Counted from the first letter of the stretch, positions 37,877-50,819 are shown. The stretch is DNA of 64,000 nt from Heptranchias perlo (GCF_035084215.1 NC_090367.1:3038001-3102000); one strand, 5' to 3'. The notes: a model not told the origin generated them from the sequence alone. Made by a program: numbers and translations.

Positions 37877-38026
37877 GATTAGCCTGTGCTGATATCAGTT
37901 ACACTGTTCAATCAATACTGGAAGATGACTGGTCTGAATGCGGCGAAGCCCAGGAGCAGATGGTGCTTCTCTTTCTTTTTATTAAATACTGGGATGAATT
38001 TCACTTGTCGCTGATGGATGTAATAG
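37877..38026 (+). CDS. TOP6BL: TOP6BL exon 10
   Basis: ttacag|GLACADISYTVQS...QEQMVLLFLFIKYWDEF...DVI|gtaatt; phases 1/1. Confidence 0.9.
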
Positions 38027-38460
38027 GTAATTTCACAAAGCCTAGTTTTTGAACTGCTTTTGGGTTTGGGTATAGGATATATTTATGTTATTGCCACATT
38101 TGTTTGTCAAGGTACACAAATGGATCCCTACTTATTTCCTATCTATTGTGCAATTGAGAGCTGACTATCCCATCGGTTCTATGGGTGCAAACTGACATTA
38201 CTGTGACTCAAACCTCTGGGTGTATGTGCAGGGTCCTATTTTGTGAGGTTTGGGGGTTTCATTTCTAAGTGAACTACTGTGAATGGGGCTCGATTATCCC
38301 TTTTTGATATTCCTTATGGCTTTATTGAGGTCATTAGTCAAGCTGGCCTTGTACTTTGCCTTTCCTTCTTGTGATTGCAGTTACGTTGATAATTGTTCTC
38401 TTTATATTTAAAAAAGCACCTTTTCTAAAAAAGAAGTGATACTGAAAGTGAAGCTCTGGG

Positions 38461-38541
38461 CTAGGTTTTACAATCGTAATGCCAATGGTATCCCATTTGT
38501 TTTAATGGATTGCCATTGGCACTACGATCGTGAAACCAAGG
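38461..38541. repeat. About 80-nt near-perfect inverted repeat (hairpin)
   Basis: 34-bp stem ggttttacaatcgtaatgccaatggtatcccatt / aatggattgccattggcactacgatcgtgaaacc. Confidence 0.85.
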
Positions 38542-38596
38542 TCTTTATAAATGAGGTGTTCATGGTAAGACTCTAATGTATTTCTCTTATTGATAG

Positions 38597-38718
38597 GAGG
38601 ACATCAAACTGTTGTTGAACATCTGGACCAGATTCTTCATTATAACAAAGATGTTGTGAGGGAATCAATTCAACCTGTGCTTCACAGAGTCCTGGATGAA
38701 TACTTCCAGTTCAAGAAG
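38597..38718 (+). CDS. TOP6BL: TOP6BL exon 11
   Basis: GGHQTVVEHLDQILHYNKDVVRESIQPVLHRVLDEYFQFKK; phases 1/0. Confidence 0.88.
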
Positions 38719-40016
38719 GTATCAGTGGCTAACTGTAAACTTATAATTGACATATAGTGCAAGTGATGAGGAGCTGTGGAATATGATTTATATCCCAATA
38801 GTGGGTTGACCTAATACTTTACAAGCAACATTGACAATGGGATATAGATCTCATCTTGCGGCTCCTGGTGATGCATTCTGTCAATATCACATTGCAATAG
38901 AAACAAAAATGATTGAATAGCCGAGCCACAAAGACCAGGAAGATCTGAGATTTAGTTCCCAGCCTATGCTGAGTTAATGATCTCGGATAAGTAAGCAATC
39001 TCTCTGGGTTAGGGAGGGGAAAGTCAGCCTGTGATTCCCTGCTTCTGATTGCTCTCCAGTGACCTCTGCTGTGAAGTGCATTTATGTAGCTATCCAGTAA
39101 GCACAGGATTAGGCTCAGTTGTGATGCCCCAATGGTTAAATAGCCTGTCAACACTCACTGATGCATGAATAATGGCAATCTCGGTAGGTACCAGAGGACC
39201 GCTGGTGGTCTTAGAACTATAACCCAGTAAGAATCAGCACGTTTAGGAGAAGAGGGAAGAAAATAGAATTTTTTTTTTAAAACACCTGATTTTCCTTTGG
39301 TTGACTTTTTATATGTACCTGTCCCTGCATACCTCCTGATGGGCATAAATTCAATAATCCTGGTAATTTGTGGGCTAGCATCTGGAAAATAACCACGAAA
39401 GCTGCTGGATCATTGTAAAAATCATTAATGTCCTTAAGGGAACCTATGACTCTCAATCTGATTTGGCCAACATGTGACTCCAGTCCCATGCTGTGTGGAT
39501 GACTCTTAATGCCATCAGGTAAACTAGGGATGGGCAATAAATACAGCCTTGCCGATGTCACCTCCTAGCCCAAAAAAATGTTTAAAAAACAATTATGGAA
39601 TACCTCCTAGCACGAAAAAAATATTTTTTTATTCGTTCATGGGATGTGGGCATCGCTGGCAAGGCCAGCATTTATTGCCCATCCCTAATTGCCCTTGAGA
39701 AGGTGGTGGTGACAACTGAGTGGCTTGTTAGGCCATTTCAGAGTTCGATTAAGAATCAACCACATTGCTGTGGAGTCACATATAGGCCAGACCGGGTAAG
39801 GACGGCAGGTTTCCTTCCCTAAAGGACATTAGTGAACCAGATGGGTTTTTACGACAATCCGGTAGTTTCATGGCCACCATTAATGATACTAGTTTTTTTA
39901 ATTCCGGATTTTATTTAATTAGTTTTATTTAATTGGATTTTACTGTCGTGATTGAGAACAGAAGGACGTTTTGTAGTTGCTGTGAACCAGCTGTTGTTTA
40001 GCTTTTTCCTCCGTAG

Positions 40017-40127
40017 AATCAGAGAAGAATGCAGTCTGCAATCCCTGTCATCTGTGATGCCATTCAGAGTATATTGTCGAGCAGTACAAATCGTGATTTT
40101 AGAACCAAGTCTCTACAACTCTTGAAG
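40017..40127 (+). CDS. TOP6BL: TOP6BL exon 12
   Basis: NQRRMQSAIPVICDAIQSILSSSTNRDFRTKSLQLLK versus recalled human AQQKLQASL...SILTGSTRSSFRKMCLQTLQ. Confidence 0.9.
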
Positions 40128-41986
40128 GTATGCACGGGAATCCGTGTTGGTGGGCAAACAACATACATAATTTAAGCAGACATGGACAGAAGGTGCTGCT
40201 GAGACAGACACCATCTGCAATGTACCAAATATGAGGGCATATCAATGTGTCATGCCATCTTCTACAAAACATAGTACCCCAATGGTTTGGTGGGGTAAGG
40301 CACTGCCACACAGACAGGTTCAATTCTTGGCACAGTCTTGATGGGCCACATGAGCTGTTTCTGTGCTGTAATATTCTATGGTCTGAGTTAGCTGATCTCA
40401 GTCATGGCATCAGTGGAGTGCTGCAACTAGCCCCAGCGACCCTAAGCTAGAGAAAAGTTGGCCAGGGTTCCCACTCCTGATCGCATTCTGTTGGAAAGTG
40501 TGGATGTGCAGAGATCAGGTGATGCCTTCTATGATCGATCAGCTCGTTGACAATCTCTTCGTAGGCTCACTAGTAAAGAATGGCTGAGGTACTGGAGTGC
40601 TGCAAACATGCATGGAACTGTACTCCAGCGTATGTCAGCACCTTCAAGAGAGATGGGGAAAGCTGATGTCACGTATTTGACTTTTCAGAGTGTGTCATGC
40701 TCACTTATTTTGTACTGTTTAAAACTCATTGTTGTCATTGCTGTCCACTTTCACCGTAAGCAGGAGAGGGGCACAGTCCAGGAACCAGACAACAGTACTG
40801 CTCCGTCAGTCAACAGAGATTTGTGCTTTTGTGGAGTGAGACTGGTCTATATCAAAATTTTACCTCCAATCCACTTTTCCTGCGGAATGCTCGATCTAGC
40901 AGCCCAAATAAGAACTAGGAATACTCAGTCTTTGGGGTCAAGTGAGATTGAATAATATTCAAGGTTGTACGATGGTTTAGAGTTGTACATTCTACTGCTA
41001 TAGGAGTCACGGCTGACTTTTTGGTGACATGTCTCCATGATGAAGATGGTTAATAAGGATATCCCAGTTAAGACTTTCTTCATCCCCATACACATAGGCT
41101 GTATATTAATGGTAATTTCACAAGTCCACATTGTCAGCAGGAGCTGAATCTACCAACAGCACATATCTGAAATTCAGGTATACATTGCCCACAATTTTCC
41201 AATCATTATGGTTAGAACATCATGGGCATTGTGCATCCAAATTTACAATATGTGCTGTCAGCAGGCAAGGCTCCCTGCTGCTAGCGTGAACTGATAAAAT
41301 TGCCCCTAATCTATTTAATGTCTCCAAGATTTTGTAAACTTTAATTTGAGGGGGTGAACTTTCCCTGTTTAGTCCCTGTTTTTCTTCCATTGGTCTTTCT
41401 GGGACACGATAGTGATCTACACAGGCCTTCACCAATGCTGCTCTGAGCCACTCGGCAGAATATGAACCAGAAAGACCCAGCACAATTCTCCTTTTGTTCT
41501 TCCTTCTCTCCCTCCCTATGGAGAAAACACCAAGCTCTGGAGATCAGGAACTGAATGCTGTGGAATATTGAACCCACACCCCATCACTACCTTGGCATTG
41601 CAAATTGATGCTTTCAATGTACTGTGGCACTCTGTTGCTTTGAAGGTATCTTTATTTTATATTTCTCCACTCCTCAATTATCTATCCTGCAGCTGGCACC
41701 ATCCTGACCACCAGGGCAGCAGATGACATTATTGTAGGCCTTTGCCAGTGCTTAATCAAACACGACAAAGCTGTGCAAGAATGGCTTGGAGTGATTCCCC
41801 TTCTGACTTACCAGTAGAACCTCTGCTAGCAGTTTTCCCACAATGGCATGGCTGACATTAGGAACTCGCTCTGTGAAGCAAAGCATTTGAGTTTCAACAT
41901 GCTACTCCACTAGCAAGTTTGCTTAGAAAATTGAAAGCCTAAATGATTACAGATGTAATTTCATTTATTTGCTATTGACTTTCTAG

Positions 41987-42085
41987 GTCTCAAACACGCA
42001 AGAGATGAAGACTTCACTTCAGAATTCTCTACAAAATGTGATCCAGAATAGATTTCTCCTGAGCAGAGGCTGTGACATGAAGCGA
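41987..42085 (+). CDS. TOP6BL: TOP6BL exon 13
   Basis: VSNTQEMKTSLQNSLQNVIQNRFLLSRGCDMKR; ttctag|...|gtatgt. Confidence 0.88.
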
Positions 42086-42500
42086 GTATGTTCTTAAATA
42101 ACTTGAGAGTTGATGATGACTGAATGATTTAGAATACTTGCTTTGCTGGATGCTTCCTGGATGTGATTGACTTTAATATAATGTGGTTCATTTTCTGTAT
42201 TTCACGATCCTTAATGAACTGGATAAACTACTCCAAAGTGATATTCTGTGACATTGTATGTATTATATGAATAAACGGAAGGGGTAATGCATGATCCTGA
42301 GAAAGCCAACAGTTTCTGTAACATTATATGTACATTTTATTCACTATTCATGCTTTATATCCTTCAGAAAAAAGTGGTTGGGGCACCCATTATTCCCCAC
42401 AAGGTAAATTCTCAATCTTACTTGGGCCATTAGGGTTGATGTTCTGATTGACGTCAAGTGATCTAGATGCACAGGATTAACATTGGTTGTCTTTTGACAG

Positions 42501-42633
42501 AAGATTCATTCAGGAGATGTTGGCCGTGTGCATTGTAACAGTGATTCAGCTAACCCAGAGACCAGCCAAGAGAATTTGCATGACATAGACTACTTCCAGA
42601 GGATCTATACAGAGCTTGCAGATCCCGAGTTAG
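42501..42633 (+). CDS. TOP6BL: TOP6BL exon 14
   Basis: cttttgacag|KIHSGDVGRVHCNSDSANPETSQE...ADPEL|gtacaa; phases 0/1 fit the neighbours; poorly conserved region. Confidence 0.7.
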
Positions 42634-43169
42634 GTACAAGGCAATCTAGCACAAACTGTCTGATCCACTCCATGCTCATCCCCATCCATGCACCATCTTT
42701 GTGTCTCCAAGATACTCCCAGTCTCTCTATTTTCGATCACCTATCTGCCTTATATTTCTCAGATCTCCCACCTCTATTTCTGAGTGAGCCCATATAACAC
42801 TGGGCTCAGTGTAGACTGTGAGCTTAAATATACAGCCTATCAATACATTATCCAGACATATAATATACCTTCAGGAAAGTTTACTGTTTTTCTTTGTTTC
42901 CCGTTCCACACCTAACAAATCTTTCTTTGCCAGCATCTTCCCCAGCCAAGAATACAGGCTGGAGACCTGCTGCAGGGTTTCTGTGAGTGTCCTTGTATAG
43001 ACAGGCATGAAGAAGTACTCAACAGTAGCCCAAAGGACAAGGGTGGGTGGGAGAAGAGATACTCCAGCTTGCTCTTCCTTTCCTGGGGGTGAGGAAGTAT
43101 TTGACATCTGTTCAGTGCTTCAGTGCTTCTATGTCTGTGTCAGATTGCTGTGATAGGAAAACTCACTAG

Positions 43170-43610
43170 GGGCAATTTTAACTTGAGGCAGAACACGCCT
43201 ACTGTCATGAGGCCTGAGCCATTGTGAGGCCTGGGTCTTATTTACATGCAGCCAGTGAGCAGGGAGCACCAAGAGGGCCACCTGCTGCAGCTCAATGATT
43301 GTAGGAGGGCTGAAGATCGGTTGGCTCTCATACTAACCGGCCGACATTTGGAGCCTGGGGTGGGAGGTCGGGGACATGGGCCTTGTGCGGATTGGAGTTT
43401 TTTCTGGGCCCAGAAAGAGCCTTACTGCTCTTCCTGGCCCCACCAAAAAAAATTTTTAAAATTCTGTGGGACATTTTCAGAGCGGCCTCCCTTGAACCTG
43501 GTTAAGCTGCTCAATGCCTAGTATAAATGGATGGAGAGTGCATGATGCATGTTCCATCCATTTGTACCTCAAAATTGCAGTTAGGATCCGATGTATGTCA
43601 TAGAACAAGT
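43170..43610. mobile_element. Non-autonomous DNA-transposon-like segment, interrupted by the following L2
   Basis: Begins ggggcaattttaac; a possible other end (cttaaaatcggcc) lies at about 45112-45123, beyond the L2. Confidence 0.4.
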
Positions 43611-45065
43611 GTGAGGAGCTCATAGACTTCATTGTCACCAAGATTGAGATCATCTGTCAGCTGCCTCTGCCACATCCCTCCTTTCTCCAAAGATTCCCCC
43701 CTGCCCTAGCCCTGAACCCGCATCTTTCTCTAGTTTCTCTCCTATCTACCCTCGTAGCCTCTCCGAACTCATCTTGTCTATGAGACCCTCATCAGTTGGC
43801 TGCCATACTAGACGGCCGACATTTGGAGCCTGGGGTGGGAGGAGGTCGGGGACATGGGCCTTGTGCAGGCCAGAGTTTTTACTGAGCCCAGAAAGACCAT
43901 TACTGCTCTTCCTGGCGCCACCAAAAAAAAATTAATAAATTCTGTGGGACATTTTGCTCTCTCGACCCCCATTCCCGCTAAACTGCAGACCACCTTGGCC
44001 CCCATGCAAGCTGATATTGTTAACAGTTCCCTCTCCTCGGGTACTGTTCCCCGTTCCTTTCAAAAGTGCTGTCATCACCCCCGCCTCAAAAAAACACACT
44101 TGACCCTTTTGTCCTTGCAAACTACCGCCCCATCTCTAACCTCCCTTTCCTCTTCAAAATCCTTGAACGTGTTCTCACCTCCTAACCCTGTGCCCATCTT
44201 TTCCGCAACTCCGTTTTGAACCTCTTCAATCAGGTTTCTACCCCTGCCACGGCACTGAAATGGCCCTAATCAACATCACAAATGATATCCTATGAATGTG
44301 GTGCACTATCCCTCCTCATCCGTCTTGACCTGTCTAGCTTTTGACATGATTGACCACACCATCCTCCTCCAATGGCTCCCCTCCGTCGTCCATCTGGGTG
44401 GGAGTGCCCTCACCTGGTTCCACTCTTACCTATCCAGTCATTGCCATGAATTCTGCAATGAATTCTCTTCCCGCCCTTGCACCATTACCTCTGGAGTCCC
44501 CCAAGGATCTATCCTCGGCCCCCTCCTATTTGCCTCTCGGCAAAATCAACCAAAAACACAATGTCAGGTTCCACATGTATACTGGCGACACCCAGCTCAC
44601 CACCACCTCTCTCGACCCCTCCACTGCCTTTGTGTTGTCAGACTGGTTGTCCGGCATCCAGTCCTGGACAAGCAGAAATTTCCTCCAATTAAACACTGAG
44701 ACGACCGAAGCCATTGTCCTTGGCCCCCACCACAAGCTCCGTTCTCCAGCCACCGATTCCATCCCCCTCCCTGGCCACTGTCTCAGGCTGCACTAGACTT
44801 TTCACAACCTCGGCATCCTATTTAACCTTGAGCTCAGCTTCCAATCCTACATCCTCTCCATCACCAAGACCGCCTTCTTCCACCTCCGTAATATCGCCTG
44901 TCTCCACCCCTGCATTAGCCCATCTGCTGCTGAAATCCTCATTCATATATTTGCTGCCTCCAGATCTGACTATTCCAGTGCTCTCTTGGCTGGCCTCCCA
45001 TCTTCCACCATCCATAAACCTAAGCTCATCTAAATCTCTGCTGCCTGGATCCTAATTTGCACCAG
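43610..45065 (+). mobile_element. L2-type LINE fragment
   Basis: AFDMIDHTILL, SGVPQGSILGPLLF, HMYTGDTQL, FLQLNTETTEAIV; frameshifted. Confidence 0.9.
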
Positions 45066-45385
45066 CATAAACAGGGTGGCAGTGTAAACAGGTTTACACT
45101 AGGCAGGGACCCTTAAAATCGGCCATACTTTGTGGAATGTCAGAGAGTCAAATCATTCCTACCAGCAGAAAAGCAGGGTTGAAAAGTGGAGATGTGGAAA
45201 TGGATTAATATTCTGAGATTTGCTTTATTACCTTTGAGGAACTTTGTCTCAGGAGATTAAATAGGTGGGATAGTTAAGTACAAAATGGGGACTGTATTTG
45301 ATGTGCTTTGTGATGTTTATGGGAGACTTGATCAGGCATTATTTGAATGCGAGTTATTTTTTATATCTAATATTGTGTTTTGCAG

Positions 45386-45762
45386 ACCCATCACTCAGAC
45401 CAGTGGATTCGGACATTCTATGTTGCAGTGATGGATCTCCACATATAACATCAGAAACTGCTTTCAGTTTTGGCAGCACTAAACAAAGAATGGACACTGG
45501 CAAAAGAAGGCTGGAAGCATGCAGAATGAAGCCCTGTGTGGATCAGTACAGTCAACCTTTCAAAAAAACAATGATTGGAGCATACAACCATCCAACTATG
45601 GAAAATATTAGCACCGACCATATCTCCTTGCTGAAAAATGATATACAGGTTTCAGCAACTGTCCCTGCAAGATCAGCATCTGAGACAACTGGCCATTTGG
45701 AGGTGCAGTGCAGTATAATGCACACTAAGCAAACGATCAATAGAAAACCAACAGAAGATCAG
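45386..45762 (+). CDS. TOP6BL: TOP6BL exon 15 (low-conservation linker)
   Basis: ttttgcag|DPSLRPVDSD...RKPTEDQ|gtttgt lies within ORF 45298-45843; phases 1/0 fit. Confidence 0.75.
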
Positions 45763-46632
45763 GTTTGTGACTATGTACAGAATTGGTATACTAGTTTATT
45801 TTTGTGGAAATTCTATATATTTTTTGCTGAACTAGGTGTCTGACAAACATGGAAATGCATCACTATATTTATGGTACTAGACTAGTAACCCAGAGGTTGA
45901 GTTCAAATCCCATCATGGCAAGTTCTGAAATTCAAATCAATAAATCTGGTAATTTGTGGGCTAGCACCAGAACAAAATGACCAGGAAAGCTGTCAGACTG
46001 TTATAGAAGTCCAACTGGTTCATTAATATTCTGCAGAGAAAGGAACCTGCCATCCCTACCTGGTATAGCCTGCACATGACTTGCCTATGGTTGACTTTTA
46101 ATGACCTCTAAAATGGCCTAGTTGTAAAAGCAGTTGCTACGAAGGCCCACTACCTTCTTGTGGCAACTAGGGAAGGACAATAAACATGGCTTCACCAGCG
46201 TCACCCACGTCTTGAAAACAAGCAACAAAGAAGTAACCACAGATTTTAGACACATGGCTGATAGGAGCCAAGATTTAGGCACTCCCATGTGTGTAGGGCT
46301 ACAGCTGGAATTTAATTGGCTAAAATCACATAGCTTACAAGCACAGAATAATTCCTGCTGATTGCCCAGCAAAGACCACCTACCCATTGGGGCACTACCT
46401 TATTGGAGCCAAATTCCCCACTGCCTCAGTGACACGTTTATGAAAATAATCTTACTTCTCTTTTATGAACTGGCGATATTAAGGCTTGAACAACTAATAG
46501 AATAAGCATGGCTTAACTTTATTCTATGGCAGGAAAGCAGAATATTAAACGTTTTTTATTAGTGATTTGGAGATTGTAGATTGGTCTTTTTGATTATGAT
46601 GACGACAATAATATTTTCATGTTCGTGTGCAG

Positions 46633-46686
46633 GAAGAATACTTGTGGCTTCAGGAAGTTTCCAACTTGTCTGATTGGACACATTGA
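46633..46686 (+). CDS. TOP6BL: TOP6BL exon 16 (C-terminal REC114-binding motif)
   Basis: EEYLWLQEVSNLSDWTH* versus recalled human EDVLWLQEVSNLSEWL. The spliced CDS totals 1929 nt = 642 aa plus stop. Confidence 0.93.
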   Translation, partial: EEYLWLQEVSNLSDWTH

Positions 46687-46828
46687 TTTTCACCTGATGG
46701 GGGTGGGCTGAACGCATCCTTAAGGCCATCAGCTCAATTATGATAGAAACAAGTATTAATAACAGCAGGATACGAGTCACATGCAATACAAAATAGCAAG
46801 CAACTCAAATGAATTTTACCAAATGTAT

Positions 46829-46859
46829 AATAAAGCAAAAGGGCAAATTATAAAATAAA
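46829..46859 (+). terminator. TOP6BL polyadenylation signals
   Basis: AATAAA at 46829 and 46854, followed by a GT-rich tract (gttgtttgtgt). Confidence 0.65.
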
Positions 46860-48979
46860 GTTGTTTGTGTAATTGGGAAATGTTTCACTTTTTATTTGTA
46901 GGAGATGGAGCCAGGGTACATGTCAAATGCCTGAGACTTCTTTTCCTATTTAATATGTGCACTCCCAGAGAGCTCAAGTGATGTAGCATATCATGCCTCA
47001 GAGCACACTATTTCTCTGTAACATACATTGAACTAATATCCAATCTGACTGCAAGTGCCATAGAGGCAGTTGAGTTCGGATCATACGGTACAGTAACCAG
47101 TACAGTTTAGATTGCATTATTTCGTTGCAGAGGCTGCTGTCCTTTGGCACTCCACACCATCACAAAAAAGGTTATCTGAATAGAGAACAAAACTGTCCCC
47201 ATGAAATCCACCTGCTGAAAAGAATAACATAGGATACAGCTTGTTTCAAAGATGTACCATATCTAAGGACGGAAACTGAACCCTTCTAGCTGTGTGGCCA
47301 TGTAGCACACTCCAGCCTATAGCTCTTGCACATTCATTGCTGTAGTTTTCACAATCCCTCTAATTGTTAATCACAATAGAATCACTGACATTAGATGGGA
47401 ATGTATCCCACAGTGTGATATCATTAGACGTTCCTTCTCAGTGAGGAGGTTCCTCAACCGTACACCACACCTAATCCAGGCACACCCATCAGAGACCTGA
47501 ACCCACCTTGTGGGGAAATTATGACTGTGAATCTGCCTCTTACCTTATCCTAGCACACTGTAGGTTGCGTTAAATGGAGTGAAATCATAAGCACAGTATT
47601 TATAAATGTGTTTGCATTTCCTACACCTCATTCAGAGAGGAAATTTTTCTCTCGTTACTAAACTGGCAGCTTGTTGACTCTGCACTATGGATTCCCGGGT
47701 AGAACAACTCCCCTTATTGTGCAATGCAAGCTCATTTCTCATGCGCTGCTTTCATCTCTCTTCAGAGGTGTTTTGGCTACCAACTTGGGAATTCCCACAG
47801 CTGGGATTTATTTATAAGCTATGCGGTGCTTGAATGTGGAAGCTTGTGTTTTGTTTGTCATTCATGTTTTCACTGATATTTGGGTTACACTAATGAAGAT
47901 GATTACAAACATATGAAAAGAAATGCAAGACCATTGGGCTATCAAGTGTTCCCCATCTGGTCAACAGTACAACCTTGTATACCATTCACTTAGCCTCAAG
48001 CATAGCTACCTCCCAGGAGAGGCAAAAAAAACCTGCTATTAATTTAGGGAAAATGCTAAGAAATTCCTTGCAGAATCCCTAAGGCAAACAAGCAAGCCCC
48101 AGGAGATCAGTTGCCCACCATTACTCACAATCACAGCTAACTAGCAACTCATCCCCTATAACTGGAACTTGTGAGGTTCTGTCTTAATGGAATGTAATGA
48201 CTCCATACCCATCACATATATTGCAAACATGGTATAGGTGAGCCTTGCATGTTTCGAAATATACGTTTGTGTCAGCTTTTTTTACGTACCTTTTTTTGAA
48301 AATTAGTCGGCAAATTGGGTGAAATTGCACTACAAGGAATGTACAGCACAGAAAAAGGCCATTCGGCCCAAAAGGGCTATGCAGGAGATTATGCTCTACA
48401 CGAACCTCCTCCCACCCCTCCGATGTCAGCTTACTTGCGCCACTGCTTTAATGAAGCCGTTGACTCGAAGCAGGTTAACACCTTTATTGAAATAAAATCC
48501 ATTAGCACGGTTTCACCCCATAGGTTTCATCAGGATTTGGTTTTCTTGAGCAATTTGTCTTTCTATTATTAATAATCTTGTCCAGCGCAAGCATTTCCTG
48601 GCCACAGACCTTGTTTCCTGCTGTCACAATTTTTAAGTCATGTTTTTCTGTCAACATTTACCATTGTCAATTGCTCTGTTAACACTTTCCATTCAGTGTT
48701 GTTATGCCAACTGTCACAGTGTGGTTGCAAGCTCTGGAGTGAGTCTCTGAAGTATCTTTCCCAACTCCATCCCTACCATGTCTAAATAAAAAAGTAACTT
48801 ATATTCATGAACTGACTGTATGCAACATCACAGGCAATTTGTTGGTAGGGATTAATTTCTTGAACTTGTTGACTTTGGATCAGTTTCTCTTCCTTTCCAC
48901 CCACATTACTGTAATTTCCTCATCCTGGAAAATGTGGTGGATTAGCAATTCATTCGCCATTGTGAAACAACCCTATCTG

Positions 48980-49750
48980 AGGTTATGCACTTTGGCAGGA
49001 AAAATCAGAGAGCAAGTTATTATCTTAATGGCGAGAAACTGGAAAGTACTGCAGTACAAAGGGATCTGGGGGTCCTAGTGCAAGAAAATCAAAAAGTTAG
49101 TATGCAGGTGCAGCAGGTGATCAAGAAGGGGGATAGAATATAAAAAACAGGGAGGTATTGCTGCAGTTATATAAAGGTATTGGTGAGACCGCACCTGGAA
49201 TACTGCAGAAAGTTTTGGTCTCCAAACTTAAGAAAAGATATACTTGCTCTCGAGGCAGTACAAAGAAGGTTCACTCGGTTAATCCTGGGGATGAGGGGGC
49301 GGACATATGAGGAGAGGTTGAGTAGATTGGGACTCTACTCATTGGAGTTCAGAAGAATGAGAGGCGATCTTATTGAAACATATAAGATTGTGAAGGGGCT
49401 TGATCGGGTGGATGCGGTAAGGATGTTCCCAAGGATGAGTGAAACTAGAACTAGGGGACATAATCTGCTCTTTCAAAACTGAGATGAGGAGAAACTTCTT
49501 CACTCAGATGGTGGTGGGTCTGTGGAATTTGCTGCCCCAGGAAGCTGTGGAAGCTACATCATTAAATAAATTTAAAACAAATAGACAGTTTCCTAGAAGT
49601 AAAGGGAATTAGGGGTTATGGGGAGCGGGCAGGAAATTGGACATGAATTTAGATTTGAGGTTAGGATCAGATCAGCCATGATCTTATTGAATGGCGGAGC
49701 AGGCTCGAGGGGCCGATTGGCCTACTCCTGCTCCTATTTCTTATGTTCTT
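48980..49750 (+). mobile_element. CR1 LINE 3' fragment
   Basis: VRPHLEYC..FWSP...RRMRGDLIETYKI and the tail ggcctactcctgctcctatttcttatgttctt. Confidence 0.92.
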
Positions 49751-50439
49751 CCATAGTGAGTCTTGGTTAAAAAAAATCTAAATGGTTTTCTAATCTGTGT
49801 CATTCTTTCCTACCATAAGTAACCTTGCCCCGCTCTATTTGTGCGATCTTTTCAAGTCATACAGCTCTACTCACACCCTCCACTCCTCTGCCTCCAAGCT
49901 ACTGCTTGGTCCTTATTCCCTCTGCTCTTCAATCAGAGACCAATCCTTCACTCACTGTGACCACCCTCTAAGGTTCCCTCTGAACCACGGTCTATTTTTT
50001 TTTCTTTAATGTGAAGTGTTTAGCCACATTACAAAATTTAAATAACTAATAGCATGCAAGCCAATCACTTGATTTCTGAATTACATAGTTCCAGTACAGC
50101 CAACCATGCCTGTAATTTCTACCTCCCTCCTTCCAGTAACCCTTCTCTTTGACTGTGTCTTTGATCTCTCCCTGCAGCCCCCCCCCCCCCCCCATACGAA
50201 AAAAAAATCCTTCTTTTCCTGTGTGGTGTTCACATCGTGCCCTCGAGACATAGAATTTTACAGCTCAGAAACGGGCCATTCGGCCCAACAGGTCTATGCC
50301 AGTGTTTATGCTTCACAGGAGCCCACTCTATTTACTTCATCTCACCCTGTCGACATAGAATCATACAGCACAGGAGGCCATTCAGCCCATCGTGCCTGTG
50401 CCGGCCCTTTGAAAGAGCTATCCATTATCCTTCTATTCC

Positions 50440-50705
50440 ATGTTCGGGTGAATGTTAAAGATGCCATTGCACCAAGTGAAGAAGAGCCAGGGAGTTTGCC
50501 AGGAGTCCTAGGCAACATTCCTCTCTCAGCCAACACCCCATCCCCCAAAACAGATTCATTGGTGGTTCATCCCATTGCAGTCTGTGGGACATTGGCTGGC
50601 GGGTTGCCTACATAAAAACAGTCCCTACGTTTCAAAGAGTAATTAACTGTGTGAAGCGTTTTGGGACATTCTGATGTAACGAAGCATTATAAATGCAAGG
50701 CTTTT
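50440..50705 (+). mobile_element. Deu-domain (AmnSINE/SacSINE-like) SINE; further copies near 1310-1500(-), 62296-62480(-), 63890-64000(+)
   Basis: gttaaagatgccattgcac...gaagagccagggag...aaaacagatt...tgtgggac...aagcgttttgggac...tataaatgcaag; family name from recollection. Confidence 0.7.
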
Positions 50706-50819
50706 CAGACATTAAAATAAGAAACATTTTTAAAACTTAAAAAGATGTGATCTTACTTCCAATTAGGACTAGCAAAGCGTCAGTCCTGTCAAAAGGCACC
50801 TCTGCAGCAGCCAGGGAGT

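Noticed and set aside
46900-48800. Possible antisense exons between TOP6BL and RCE1
   Set aside because: Isolated splice-like motifs give no coherent ORF; 48560-48720 looks like an old LINE endonuclease remnant.
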